A stretch of 64,000 nucleotides of DNA from Hormiphora californensis (GCA_020137815.1 CM035357.1:7316001-7380000); one strand, 5' to 3'; shown: positions 14,068 through 43,760, counted from the stretch's first letter. A program made the numbers and translations. The notes: generated from the letters alone by a model not told the origin.

Positions 14068-14299
14068 GTTTTAAGCATTTTTTCAGATTTTATGTCGTGT
14101 AGAAAAATATTCAAAACAGGGCGCTTTCCAGCGCCGCGACGCACTTTTGGCTGCTGAAAAAGTATAGCGCGGCTGAAATCTTGACTGGAATATACTCTTT
14201 CAGCATCCAAACAACTAAAGAATTGCGGCGGGGCGCTGGAAACCGCCCTGTATTGAATATTTTTCTACACGACATAAAATCTGAAAAAATGCTTAAAAC
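14068..14299. mobile_element. Hairpin MITE
   Basis: About 70-bp inverted arms gttttaagcattttttcagattttatgtcgtgtagaaaaatattcaa... / ...ttgaatatttttctacacgacataaaatctgaaaaaatgcttaaaac. Confidence 0.75.
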
Positions 14300-14427
14300 A
14301 CCTGACAATGGGTCAAATAGTGATACACACTCCTACTGCGTTATTTACACACTCAACCTACCTCCCATTTTCTTTACTGTGTATACAGAAAGTGAGAGGT
14401 AAGTAGAGTGTGTTAAATAACGGAGTA

Positions 14428-15780
14428 GGCCCACTGTGTGTGTGAGGGAGGCCCACTTGGCCCACTGTGTGTGAGGGAGGCCCACTTGGCCCACTGTGTG
14501 TGAGGGAGGCCCACTTGGCCCACTGTGTGTGAGGGAGGCCCACTTGGCTCGTGTGTGTGAGGGAGACCCACATGGCTCGTGTGTGTGAGGGGGGCCCACT
14601 TGGCTCATGTGTGTGTGAGGGAGACCCACATGGCTCGTGTGTGTGAGGGAGACCCACATGGCTCGTGTGTGTGAGGGAGACCCACATGGCTCGTGTGTGT
14701 GAGGGAGACCCACATGGCTCGTGTGTGTGAGGGAGGCCCACTTGGCCCACTGTGTGTGAGGGAGACCCACATGGCCCACTGTGTGTGAGGGAGGCCCACT
14801 TGGCCCACTGTGTGTGAGGGAGGCCCACTTGGCCCACTGTGTGTGAGGGAGGCCCACTTGGCTCGTGTGTGTGAGGGAGACCCACATGGCTCGTGTGTGT
14901 GAGGGGGGCCCACTTGGCTCATGTGTGTGTGAGGGAGACCCACATGGCTCGTGTGTGTGAGGGAGACCCACATGGCTCGTGTGTGTGAGGGAGACCCACA
15001 TGGCTCGTGTGTGTGAGGGGGGCCCACTTGGCTCGTGTGTGTGAGGGAGACCCACTTGGCTCGTGTGTGTGAGGGAGACCCACATGGCTCGTGTGTGTGA
15101 GGGAGACCCACTTGGCCCACTGTGTGTGAGGGAGGCCCACTTGGCCCACTGTGTGTGAGGGAGGCCCACTTGGCTCGTGTGTGTGAGGGAGACCCACATG
15201 GCTCGTGTGTGTGAGGGGGGCCCACTTGGCTCATGTGTGTGTGAGGGAGACCCACATGGCTCGTGTGTGTGAGGGAGACCCACATGGCTCGTGTGTGTGA
15301 GGGAGACCCACATGGCTCGTGTGTGTGAGGGGGGCCCACTTGGCTCGTGTGTGAGGGAGACCCACTTGGCTCGTGTGTGTGAGGGAGACCCACATGGCTC
15401 GTGTGTGTGAGGGAGACCCACATGGCTCGTGTGTGTGAGGGAGACCCACATGGCTCGTGTGTGTGAGGGAGACCCACATGGCTCGTGTGTGTGAGGGAGA
15501 CCCACATGGCTCATGTGTGTGTGAGGGGGGCCCACTTGGCTCGTGTGTGTGAGGGAGGCCCACTTGGCTCGTGTGTGTGAGGGAGACCCACATGGCTCGT
15601 GTGTGTGAGGGAGACCCACATGGCTCGTGTGTGTGAGGGAGACCCACTTGGCCCACTGTGTGTGAGGGAGACCCACATGGCCCACTGTGTGTGAGGGAGG
15701 CCCACTTGGCCCACTGTGTGTGAGGGAGGCCCACTTGGCCCACTGTGTGTGAGGGAGGCCCACTTGGCTCGTGTGTGTGT
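14428..15780. repeat. 28/29-bp minisatellite
   Basis: Variants cccacatggctcgtgtgtgtgagggaga (28 bp) and cccacttggcccactgtgtgtgagggagg (29 bp) in tandem; further partial units at 15966-16010. Confidence 0.95.
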
Positions 15781-15963
15781 AGGGGAAGTTTTGAAAGTGG
15801 TGGGGCCAATTTTTTTTGGTCACGTGATATGACATATGCTGACATTTCTATTGAAAATTTGAGTAGATCGGGCGAAGCGACAGCGGAGCCCGAGAAAATT
15901 TTTCGGTTTTTAGGCCAAAAAGTCATAGTTTTTACTGGGGCCATGGCGCCCCCTTCCCCTACA
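15778..15963. mobile_element. Short MITE inserted into the minisatellite edge
   Basis: 11-bp TIR tgtaggggaag / cttcccctaca with subterminal ggggcca motifs; satellite units on both sides. Confidence 0.6.
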
Positions 15964-16313
15964 TGCGTGTGTGAGGGAGGCCCACTTGGCTGGTGTGTGT
16001 GAGGGAGGGGAATGGTGAGGCGTACACACAGCACGATATCCTACACTGACACACACAGCACTCACCGACCTACCGCTGCGATAGAGGAAAGTGAGGGAAA
16101 TGGAGAGAGAGGAGAGAAAGAAAAGAGAGGGGAGATGGAGAGGAAAGAGTGGGCTGTGGGGGAGAGATGGGGAGAGGAAAGAGAGTGAGAGATGGAGAGA
16201 GAGGAAAGAGTAAGGAGGCAATGAAAGTGAGATTGTGGGCTCACGTAGGGAGAGAGAAAAAAAGAAGAACGGGAGAGAGAGCGAGAGAGAGAGGGAGAGA
16301 GAGGGAGAGAGAA

Positions 16314-16344
<31 letters not shown>

Positions 16345-17508
16345 AATAGAGAGAGAAGAACGAGAGAGAGAGATAGAAACATGAGAGGGAAATAAGGAGA
16401 GACGCGAGAGAAAATATTGAGAGACAAGGAAGAGAGCAAGAGAAGAAAATAGCAGTGAGAGAGGCTGGTCAGGTGAGTGCATCCTACCAATGATATAGCA
16501 AGGAGAGCTCTCATTGGCTACTGGTGAGTCACGTGACAGTGCTGCATTATTCCTAATACGGACATCGCATATTAAACTTCGGAGAGAGAGAACACGCACA
16601 CGCACTCTCGGGAGCTCTCTCCCTTCTCTCTCTCTCGCCGACCGAAACACATTTCTCCTAGCTCACTGCAGGACAACTCTCTTAGAAGGAGAAGACACAC
16701 AGAATTTAGGAGGAGTTTTCATGAAATTCATGAATTCTACTCAGACATATTTTGTATTGCAGTTGGTTTGTTTGTTCCTTTGTTTGCCCCATAATTGTCG
16801 CTTTGCGTGATCGTGGTTTGGGATAGAATGGAGACTTCGTTAAATTGTTTGAATGCTTTGTTCTTGACAAATGAATATAAAAGGGAAATATAGTTGTTGT
16901 AAAAATTGCTGGCCACGAAAAGGGAGCGGTTATAATGAGTTAGTGAACTATGAATGGGGGTCGAGGATGTATCTCTCGTATTCAGTATGTTCAAGTCGTG
17001 GAATGGGCGAGTTGCATTAAATTAAGGACGGGCTGAATTAATAATGGGGTAGAAGTTGAGAGGGGAATAAGTAGAAGGGTTATTGGTACAACATGGGAGG
17101 GGTATCGAAACAGATAAAAAACATCAACCTTTTGAAAATTGGGAATATATCAAACTAGTAATAACAAAGATACACTGTTATTTTTCTCTGAGACTCATCA
17201 AGACTAGATGATGAAAAAAGGACAACAGTTAAGACCTTTTTCGCACACACACTTAATTTAATGTAAAAACCGAACACATTCCGTCAAATTAACCGACTGC
17301 TCTCCGCCCTCTGATCAAGTGTCTCTCACATTTCAAGAATCACCTCTGAACTGAAAGTCTACGAGCCCAACTATAATATATCATTCATTCTCATAGCAGA
17401 ATTTTATTTCTCTTTCACTCTCTCCAATAGAGAATGTCTCCAGCACACCCCGACATTGGGTCAAGTAAACTCACTAAGAATATATCTGTCCCATCTCACC
17501 CCCAGATC

Positions 17509-20500
17509 TCACAGCACAGCTGACAGCCAGTGAACAATCGACCTGATCTGTTGCATTCCACTCTTACTCGCAGCGGCACTAGACAGAGATGCCATGCTCA
17601 TAAACTGGAGGAAGTTCTTGAGCACCTCAATCAGCAGTTTAGGGGAGGGTTTCATCGTTTCCCTGATCTTCTCCAGCGCATCTTCATCCTTGGTTAGGAG
17701 ACCAAGAAGAAGGGCCAGGTAACTCTCAATCATGCTTTGTTCCATGTGTTCCCCTGCCTTCTCTATCATGTTATCCACTACCTTCTGAACTCTCTCCCCC
17801 TGTTCCTTGTCATCCTTCTTCTGTTTACCCAGCATCGCACTGATCTCCTCCATTTTAGCTGAGTCGTCCTCTGCTGTTGTGGAGGAGGCAACCTGTTCAG
17901 GTTTAGGTTCCAGTGGAGTCACGGATTCTTCTTCTGGTGTGTCAGAGGGATCTTTAGTAGTTGTATCTTCCTCTTCCTTCTCTTCGACTGCTTCTTCAGT
18001 GTTTTTGTCTTTGGTAGAGCTATCTTCTGCTTCCATTTCCTCTTCCTTCTGATCATCTTCTTTCAATTCTTCTTTCTTCTCTTCCTTCTGGTCATCTTCT
18101 TTCTCCTTTTCCTCTTCTTTCTTCTCCTCATTCTTCTCAGTACTGTTTCGAGCTCGACTACGTGTCATCCGCCTTGCAGGAACATCCACCTTCTTCTCTC
18201 CTTCTTCCTCTTTATCATCCTTCTCTTGACTATCCTCTTTATCAACCAAGTCTAGTAAAGTCAAGTTTACCCTCTTCCTTGGTTTCAGGGCTCTTCTCAG
18301 CATCATGTTTGGGTGGGCTCCTGATCCTCTGGCTTCTCATCTGCTTCCATTTTCTCATCCTTCTCTTCTTCGTCCTTCTCTTCATTCTTCTCTTCTTCGT
18401 CTCTTCTTTTTTCTCTTCGTCGCCTTCCTTCCCGCTTCTTCTACACCATTCTTCATCTTGGCACCTTCCTCTACGTGTCCCATTTCCATTACCTCAGCCT
18501 CGTCCTCCTGCCTCAGACAAAGTGACTCTGCCTCAGAGAAAGTCTCCTTCTCAAGAGCTTTTGACCTGGTAGTGGAACATCATGAATGTATCAACTAGCA
18601 GATCCAGACAAGTCTTGGCTCTCATTTCCAGCTCATCCTCACAGGCGTCAAACCAGGGGGACTCCTCGAACTTGCAGGCAGTCACCAGCTTCCTGTTCTC
18701 AGGTACCTCTCCCAGGAGATTTATCAGCAGACCCAGACCGAGGGTGTAACAGTCCAACTTGTGTTTAGGGTCAGCGACACCGGGGAGGAAGAGGACTATC
18801 TCCATGATTACCATCAGCATCTTGTCATATCTACCAATCTCCTTGCAGGTGTACTCATTTCCATGGGTCAGGTTCAGCATCATCCGGAGGACACCAAACT
18901 GGCAGTCATACACTGATTCTAGGTTCTTGGACCTGTTCAGGAGTTTAATTTTCCTGCCTTTGTTATTGTGGATGACGTTCAGGGTCGCCGAGAGGATCTT
19001 ATAGAGCAGTCTCAGGATGGTTTTGTTTTTGAAGTTAACTGTGTAGTTCTGGTTATCACTGCTCATGTAGGTGAGGTTCTCAATGAGCTGAAGGTTTCGC
19101 TCAATCTTTAGGAACAGCTGACAGTTCTCGTTAGTCAGCCTGTTTCCCTTGTCCAGTCTGTTCAGTATGTTACCAAGATTGGTAATGTACAGGTCGATTG
19201 CTCCCTCCACCCTGATCTCTTCTTTGTAGTCGATTTGGCTGGTAGGAGCGGTCAGGAAGATGAGAAGCTCCAAGATAAGTTGGTCTGAGGTGATGTTGTT
19301 GAGGTCAATGAACTCTGCTGTTTTCAGCTCCTCCAAGAACAGATCGTTCACCCTCTTGCGGAATGTTATCAGGGATTTAGATGGCTTCACCGGGTTTTGA
19401 CGACGGTCCTCCTCTGCTTTCAAGATCTTCACCAGTAGCTCCAGAGCCGCTTTGGAGAAATCAAATTGCCGCTCGTCCAGAGCAATAGTGTAGAACAGGG
19501 CACAGGAGCAAAGTGAGAGACAGGCATCAGTTTCAGCCCCTTCCAGCTCCTTAAAGATGGTCTTCAGCAGGTTGTTCTTTCTGATCTGCGTCCTGAAGTC
19601 CTTCTTGAAGCAGTTCTTGGTGGTATTGAACACACTCAGAACACGGACAGCCATGGGCTCGCTCTGTTTCATACCCTCGAACAGGAACTCGAACTCGTCA
19701 AAGAAGGTCTGATTGACACCATCTTTTATACAGTTACCAGAATCCTTGACATTGCTCACCATAGTTTTATCCTCGTCAATGTTAATTACTTCCTTTGTCG
19801 GTTTGATCAGATCCGGGTCGTCACCTTTAGGAAGGTCGAAGAACCGTCCACCAAGGGCCTTCATGTTCAGCTTTGCTTTTTTGGGCCCCGATTTAACCGG
19901 CTGCCCCTCCAATTTCCGGTGTTTTGAAGGTGATTCTGCTTTCAGAGGCCTCTTACTCCCACTCTTAACACCACCTCCACTATCTTCAGCATCATCAAAA
20001 TCAAAAGCAGATATGGAGCTAGAACTCTTGGTTCCACCTCCTGACTTATTCTTCATGATCTTGCCCCTCATCGCCCTGTTACAGATCTCATCCAGGTGGT
20101 TTATCCGGGGTAATTTGTTGAGATGGTCCTTTAGGGGAACCTTGGTCTGCTGTCTTGGTTTGTACTGCTCCGACCAAAACATGGAGGGAGGCATATCACC
20201 AGGTCCTGCAATGGTAAATAATGATAGTGACGGAGATATTGGATAATTGGATAATGATGTACCACATTCATTCGAGTTGAATCTATAATGAGTAAAGCTT
20301 ATCGGAAAATACTAACATGTGAATGTAGAGGATATTAGCAAAAAGAGGATCAAATCACATAATGATAATGTGATCTGAGAAGTATAATCTTCAATTGCTT
20401 GTCACATACCTTGGGCACCGTTATTTGACTCATCACGTGCTTCATCAAACTCAAACTCGCTGTTTCTACTGGAAATCTTGGACCGAGTCCCATAGCGTCT

Positions 20501-20515
20501 ATTAATATCAGCCAT
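17509..20515 (-). CDS. WAPL: Wings apart-like cohesin release factor; exon 1 20515-20410, exon 2 from 20205, with apparent frameshifts at ~18240-18570
   Basis: WAPL domain start NVKDSGNCIKDGVNQTFFDEFEFLFEG..., LRMMLNLTHGN, LGLGLLINL, and C-terminal KAGEHMEQSMIESYLALLLGLL...LKNFLQFM. Phase-1 intron 20409-20206 (GTATGT...TGCAG). Confidence 0.9.
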
Positions 20516-20904
20516 GGTGTACTAGAGCGGGAGAGCGGTGTACAATTAGTAGTTTTATCGATACGGGTGGTTATTTAGTTCTAACTTATACCCGACCAGT
20601 CTTGTCTAGACCATACATACTAGTTGTTCTGACTGCTAATTATACATCAACAAATGATGTAGAAGCACAATCTATGCACCAAATTACCAATTATAATTTA
20701 TAATCAGTCAAGAGATTGGATATATTGTTCCAAAAAGGGGCACAGGGTACGGGGGTGGTAAAATACATGGGTCAATGGAATACACGGTGTGTAAGATGGT
20801 TTAAAAGAAAGTAAAAACAACGACTCAAAAATTGGAAGCATGCATGGAATTGAGAACTGTGTATGAAACAACAATTTTACAGATCAACATTTTCTATCAC
20901 TCTC

Positions 20905-21534
20905 TCACTTCCCGATATCTTTACTACACCGTGGGCAAAACCAGTTGCCCTTTGGTTTGGATGTGAGACCTACACAAGCAAAGTGAAACCACTCCACAGG
21001 GCAGTCTGTATTGTCACAACCAATCATTTCGCCATATGAAACCTGGTGGCACAGACAGTACGTAGGTTCATTAGGGTCCACTGGCATGTCCAACCCCTCC
21101 CCTGCACCACTGATTAGGGAAAACGGTAGTGCCGTCTGATCACCCGACTTTTTGTTATTTGACCTCTTATCCACAAACATTCGACTTTCGGAAGTTTTTT
21201 CTGAACTCCGTTGTTTAGCTTCAAGCCTCTGAAGGTCCGTATCCAATCGGCGAATATGTTTGTCTACCATTTCGTATGTTTGCATTGCCAGCTGAACTTT
21301 GTCGTCACTGTACGCATGGGATTGATCGAATTTCTCCTTGATCTCTGACAGACATTTTGATTTGTCCGTGTTTGTCTTTAAGGTTGTGAGATAACGATGC
21401 TGACAGTCTTGAATCTCTGACAAAAGGTCCTCTACACGTTGATCGAGGTCATGCATCATATTGAAGTTTCGTTGAAGCTCCCCCGGCACCGAGTTGATGC
21501 TCTCGAGGTAGCTCGAGAGGAAAGCATTGGCCAT
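20905..21534 (-). CDS. ING4/5: Inhibitor of growth protein, ING4/ING5 type, intronless (209 aa)
   Basis: MANAFLSSYLESINSVPGELQRNFNMMHDLD...DDKVQLAMQTYEMVDKHIRRLDTDL and PHD finger DMPVDPNEPTYCLCHQVSYGEMIGCDNTDCPVEWFHFACVGL...WFCPRC. Confidence 0.96.
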   Translation of the reverse strand: MANAFLSSYLESINSVPGELQRNFNMMHDLDQRVEDLLSEIQDCQHRYLTTLKTNTDKSKCLSEIKEKFDQSHAYSDDKVQLAMQTYEMVDKHIRRLDTDLQRLEAKQRSSEKTSESRMFVDKRSNNKKSGDQTALPFSLISGAGEGLDMPVDPNEPTYCLCHQVSYGEMIGCDNTDCPVEWFHFACVGLTSKPKGNWFCPRCSKDIGK

Positions 21535-21689
21535 CCTGGCCCTAAAAAGACAGTGAAAATCATAAATACGTACAAAAATAAATCTGATAAAAATAAACGA
21601 AAGAAATGGGGAAGAAATGTAACACAAAACACGCCAAACAAGGAAGTGACCTCCGATTTTAAATTTATCGGACATTTTTGGACTTTTGA

Positions 21690-21950
21690 AAAAGTTCAGT
21701 TCGCGCGATCTTTCAAATTTAAGAACCGAAAAGTTGCGCGCGCGTACAAAATGCACTTTTGCAGCGCATGTTGTGTCAAAACCCGCCGCAACACGACAAT
21801 GCAGCGCACTTGTCTCTTATCTGAAACACTTGGAATGCGCTGCAGCCCCCTCATGCGCGCACCCCCGCAACGAGGGGACTGGAGGGAATGCCGCGCGCGC
21901 GTTTGGCCTGATCCCGGCTGGGTCGAAGATAACTTTGCGGTCGAAAAAAC
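21690..21950. promoter_or_regulatory. CGCG-rich candidate promoter at the head of the minus-strand gene run
   Basis: Dense gcgcgcgc/cgcg motifs directly upstream of ING, in otherwise CpG-poor sequence. Confidence 0.4.
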
Positions 21951-22759
21951 GGCGGTGCTTATAACTTTGGCTCCTGAAGTCCGTTTGGCTTGATTCTTTC
22001 ACCAGTTGTTAGATCTGACGATTATCTACCTTGCTGTTTTTGAGAGAAGTTAATTGGACTTAAGAAGGCTGAGCAATAGCCGTTGAAAGATGGGTTGTTT
22101 TCAAAAAGTGACGTCACAGATTCTTGCAGGGACACCTTTTTTAAAATTTCATTCAAATTTTGATTTTACCGCACTCGATTTTGCGGAGTTTGGTTCATAT
22201 CTCCTGTTCCTGATAAGATAGAAACCTGAAACCGGTTGCATTTGAAAGCTGTTATCTTCCTCTTTCCAACGCTACCAAAACGATTTCTGTACCTTATCTG
22301 GAACCGGAGATATGATTGATTATGTATTCCCCCCTAGCGCGGTATTCCCTCCAGGCCCCTTATATTTATAAGGGGCCTGCAACGTATGCCAACTGAAACA
22401 CACAACTTTTTCTCTCATTTTCAAAAGTCAAAAACTAAAATTAACGCCTTCACAGTCGACAGCGCCCAGCGGTCTGGCTTAGCGGTTCTTTGTGTATCCA
22501 GACTAACTGGCAAAAGCCCCAGTCAGGGAGCATTACAGATTGGCCGTGGTGTGAACTTTAAACCCCACCAAACGGCACTGGCGAGTAGGGGCACACTGGC
22601 ACAGTGCACTAATCACAAAAGTGCCCCTTAACAAGTTCAAAGTTCCATGAGACTCATCACAGCACAAGAGGACAGCAAACATAGCAGGAGACACCGATAT
22701 GATCTTCATTCGTTATACGCCCAGGAGAGTGGAGACCCTCCAGTATTACGCATGATCGT

Positions 22760-22930
22760 TTGTGATTTCGTTGTCCAAATCTTCAAAATAGTTTAACTAA
22801 TCATGTCGAGACATCCACATTTAAAACAACGCTTCAGCCTCTCTAAACTCATCCGGTTTAACAACTAAAAGTCCGTGCCCCAGCTCAGAGCATAGTCCAA
22901 CAAAGTGTTTCCGTAAACCCTTGAGTACCC
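22760..22930 (-). pseudogene. Decayed paralogous fragment of the C-terminal part of the TIR pseudogene
   Basis: GHGLLVVKPDEFREAEALF/CGCLDMIS*TILKI aligns with EHGLPLVNQKFKEAETFVLCGCLDMASQIIFKI at ~23800-23900; nucleotide similarity is visible. Confidence 0.5.
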
Positions 22931-23062
22931 CCTGGTTGGTGGTCGATCAGCGATGCCCCTGAGGTGCCCTCCTAGTACAACCTTGAGTTCATCAATATTC
23001 CCGACCTCCTTAGTCCTTGACCCATTTTGGAACACGCGTTTTGGAGAGAGTCATAATAACCT

Positions 23063-23318
23063 TTAGGGGAAACTCTAACTGAATGGCATCCCATTAATGA
23101 GATCCCATCAACAGTAAAACTCTAACTGATAATGGACCACAGTGATGGTTCTTTCTCTGTATTCTCTCTGTGTGAGCGCCTGTGCCCGGGCATGCCCAAT
23201 GTACTGCCTACAGAGAGAATACAGAGAAAGAACCATCACTGTGGTCCATTATCAGTTAGAGTTTTACTGTTGATGGGATCCCATTAATGGGATGCCATTC
23301 AGTTAGAGATTCCCTTAA
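23063..23318. mobile_element. Hairpin MITE with ~105-bp arms
   Basis: ctctaactgaatggcatcccattaatg...ctctctgt and its near-perfect reverse complement; right end cccttaa, left end tttagggg (TTAA-like site). Confidence 0.85.
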
Positions 23319-23429
23319 CTGATTTGCATTTGAACGCCCCCAGAATCCAGTTCGCAGCCCATGATGCCGATGCTGCAGCTGATACCTTCTCGATCTGTGG
23401 CTTCCACAACCCATCCTTTGATAGGAGAA

Positions 23430-23590
23430 CACCAAGATACAATCGAAGAGGATGTTAAACAGACTCCGCTAGGGGTTTCATACACGAGATAGCCCACTGT
23501 AAAAGGAAGCTCCCGCATTAAGTTGTAGGAGCGTGGTGAATAACGCACCAGCTCAAACTTATCGTCATGAAGTGTCATGTTGTTTAGAAC
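23430..23590 (-). mobile_element. LINE reverse-transcriptase C-terminal remnant
   Basis: WSVLNNMTLHDDKFELVRY...ELPFT...YETPSG resembles the W...N.M.....K.... segment that follows the RT core in CR1/Jockey-like ORF2. Confidence 0.5.
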
Positions 23591-23739
23591 CGACCACCCC
23601 CTATGCTGTCTCCTAACTCCTGTTTTTGTCCTCTCATGCTGTGATGCGTCTTCCATCTGTCTCTCATCTGTGAAGCTACTAGAGGCAGGAGGCCTTTGAA
23701 CTTTGTACGTTTACGGGCTGCTGTTAAATCGTTTCGTGG

Positions 23740-24390
23740 AAGCGTTTGAAAAATATCTTTCAACCTTACTTGGAGTATGTCTCTGCGAGCTGCAAAGCAA
23801 TTTTGAAAATAATTTGACTAGCCATGTCAAGACATCCGCATAAAACAAATGTTTCCGCCTCTTTGAACTTCTGGTTTACAAGTGGTAGGCCGTGCTCCGG
23901 TATGAAAGTCCGACGGAGAGTTACCATTTAAATGCCACTGAAGTTCCCGAATCCCGATTAACACTGCTATTCCTTTGCTGATTCATGTTGATCAGAACAT
24001 AACTCTCTCTGTAAGAACTGAAAAAAGCTAGTTGTCCAACCCTAACTTAGGTACATTGGTAACTTTTTAGGGCAGTCTCTTTGGCGTTTGGTAGTGGTCA
24101 TTGGAAGGGCTTCAAGCTCATACAAACAGAAGACCTTTTTAGACCATGAGGCATGAATATTGCATCAACATTCCACATTTCATCGACCTATACTACGTTT
24201 TGTTTGTTTCAAGACTGTAAATTGAGTAGTCAGTAGAGTGTAGAAAACATTCGAATATAAAACGATTTGACTTCAATTTTGCTATGTAAGAAACTCCAGC
24301 CTCACGGCGAGGCGACGAGTCGTAACTCATAAAAGCCTGAGATCTAGCTGAACACGCTGTGTTTTCTGTTTTATCAATTAGCAATGCCAC
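23740..24390 (-). pseudogene. TIR-domain pseudogene
   Basis: In order, across stops and a frameshift: QAFMSYDS (box 1-like), FECFLHSTDY (box 2-like), FCLYELEA (WCxxEL-like), PKKLPMYL, W..SFFQFLQREL (box 3-like). Confidence 0.55.
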
Positions 24391-24532
24391 TTTTCATGTA
24401 AAATACCTTTCAACTCCTTCATGTATTCCACATTGTGAGCCTATTAGCCGCAGTCTATTTGTTGTTGTAGCCTGATAAACTGTAACCTAATTAACACAAC
24501 TCCTAAAGGTGTAGCAATATGTAGGGCGTGAT

Positions 24533-41551
<17,019 letters not shown>

Positions 41552-41860
41552 CTGGTTTCTATTTTTTTGAACCCGACCCCGATTCCCCTTATTGTGTGCT
41601 CGGGAAGACTATTCTTTTCACTGAAACCCGTCTTTTAATGTTTTGTGGCGGTGGAATCAACACGTTGAGTATGCTGCGATATAACTTATTTCAGTACTTG
41701 TCAGCGCTATTTTGACACGCGCAAAAGAATTTCGCGCAATGTTTTAGACGGCGCGCGCGTTTCTAAAAAATAAATCAATCAATAAAATCCGGCGCGAGTT
41801 GTTTTATTTTTTCACGCAACGAGATTTGAAATTTGAGAATTCAAAAGAGCTGCCCTATGG

Positions 41861-42140
41861 CGGAAAACGTTAAAATCTGGGTGCCTTTCATTGCTAACAA
41901 TTCATCGATTTTGGCGCGCGCGACGGGTTAGGGCTGTTGTTAGGGTCGGGTTAGGGTTTGGTTTGGGGTTATCGGTAGGCAAGCCGATTTCTAGTTGCAA
42001 TAGCGTTTAGTTTCCTCATGTGGTCTGAGGGTGCGGGCTATGACCGATTGCAAAAAATGTCGTCTAGTTGGTTTTAGGTGTACGTTGCTGGCAGTCCCCA
42101 CCTGTAGAGCTCGCTGCAGGCACCCGATAAATTCGCGCCA
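41861..42140. mobile_element. Non-autonomous DNA element with GGTTAGGG-like repeats, copy 2
   Basis: cggaaaacgttaaaatctgggtgcctttcattgctaacaattc is identical to 1533 onward; ends ctgcaggcacccgataaattcgcgcc. Confidence 0.8.
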
Positions 42141-42469
42141 CGCGCAGGCTTGGGATTCTAAAAAATTCAACTTTCCGCGAGCGATTTATCTAGTATTGTG
42201 ATTGGCCGGCAATGTGAAGAGTCGAAAATCAAGCTGTCTCACCAATTTCAATTTCTGCTGATCGAGTTTTAGTGGAGTGGATAGCCATTGCCTAGCATGA
42301 TGCTTGCATAGCTGCATTCTCTGATGTCATCCTATGGCGGTTTATATGATTGATAGTACAGCTTGCCCACTATGTGGGAGAAAACTGATGGCTTTCTGGA
42401 ATTAAGCTGTGTAAATGCGATTTTATGGATCCTCTATATTGCTGGTGTGCAGGAGGTGTATGGTTGGGA

Positions 42470-42660
42470 ACCAGCCGGTTCAATAATGTCATCGGCGAAT
42501 GCTGCGTTCCCGGTGCAGTGCTGGTCCGTCTGAGGGGCCTCTGAGAGCCAAGAAGCAAGAATGCGCTAATGTGGGGTACGTTCTTGCCAGGAACGCTGCA
42601 GGAATCCTGTAACCGGAAGGCCCTGATGGCTGAACCCTTGAAGGTATCACGTCCCGCACT
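42470..42660 (-). mobile_element. Possible highly decayed non-LTR RT remnant
   Basis: TGFLQ ... AAFADDII at roughly RT motif spacing, interrupted by a stop. Confidence 0.3.
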
Positions 42661-43760
42661 GATTAACCTAGTCGGTCTGCTTGGCTTTTTATTGTTAGGT
42701 CCGTTTGGTGTGTTGTGAAACCTATTTGGCTGCGACACACTGAGCCCAGTTAATGGTGTAAATGTATATGCCTTTAAGTGATAAAGAGAAGAACTTTAGG
42801 CTGAATAAAGCGGAATATCAAATACTTTGAGATGATAATAAAGATAATAGTATGAGATAAACAAGTTCAGTAATTTCGTTGAATTACTTTTTGAATTAAT
42901 TTGGTTCATTCCCTTATGATCCGTTAGTGGTAATGGTTGTTGCATGAACCCATGGTAAATCACAATTAGTTTCGTTGCACATCTCAACTCGCAAGTTTTA
43001 GCATTTGTTCTATACTCTATGATACAGAGCTACAAACGGTTGGACATTGAGGGAATAAAGCTAGTGTGCAATCCCATTTCATTTTCAAATTGCATATCTC
43101 ATCCATGACGTATGAAAATAGGTTTGTCGTATATAGTTTTCTAAATTTAATCATAAACTCTAGAGCCTTCTCTCCCTGGACGAACATTCCTTTCTAAGCA
43201 CGCCAATCAATTCTTTATAATCATGTGGCACTTTGTGCTGTCAAAGTTTTCCTGCAATTTGACCATACCAATCTCCCATGCAGCTGTCGAATGGGTAGTA
43301 GAGTGTAGAGGTATATAATTCGTGTTGAGAATTGTATAATAATATTTGATGGCTATGGGAAAGGGTGTTAAAAACATTTCACATGTTTCCCACAGGCTTC
43401 CTACTTTCCCATCTGATTCTAACTGAATTCAGAATTGCATCTCTTATAATACTGAAAATTACTGACGTAGTTTTGTAGTTATTCTCAGTTCTGACTTCTA
43501 CGTTGGTTTAACCACTTCCTCATAGTAACCATATCATGCCGTGATTTTGTTGTAGAGTGTACGTGAATTTCAAATCCAATCCTTGGTTATGTTGTTGCCC
43601 AATGGGAGGGGGTGATCGAGGAGAGGAAAAGTTACCTTGTTAATCCAAGTAGAGTTAATCTCATTTGCTCACCATCCCTCTGCTGAAGGTTACTTTTTTG
43701 CACCTCCACGTGGAGCCCTTACTTCCCATATAACTTCCCATTCCCTATTATAGCTCAGCT

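Noticed and set aside
14345-16034. Long repetitive ORFs (up to 496 aa) and a CRISPR-like appearance
   Set aside because: Translations of a head-to-tail minisatellite; no unique spacers, no cas genes, eukaryotic context.
18307-18565. An intron explaining the WAPL break
   Set aside because: No polypyrimidine tract; the sequence is purine-rich and Glu/Lys codon-like throughout, so indels fit better.
21535-21756. N-terminal extension of ING in the ORF track
   Set aside because: Homology starts at MANAFL (21534), which follows a TTTTTAG acceptor; the extension is not ING-like.
22780-22860. Gag-like zinc knuckle (KRCFKCGCLD)
   Set aside because: Lacks the His and last Cys; it arises across a frameshift in the duplicated pseudogene fragment.
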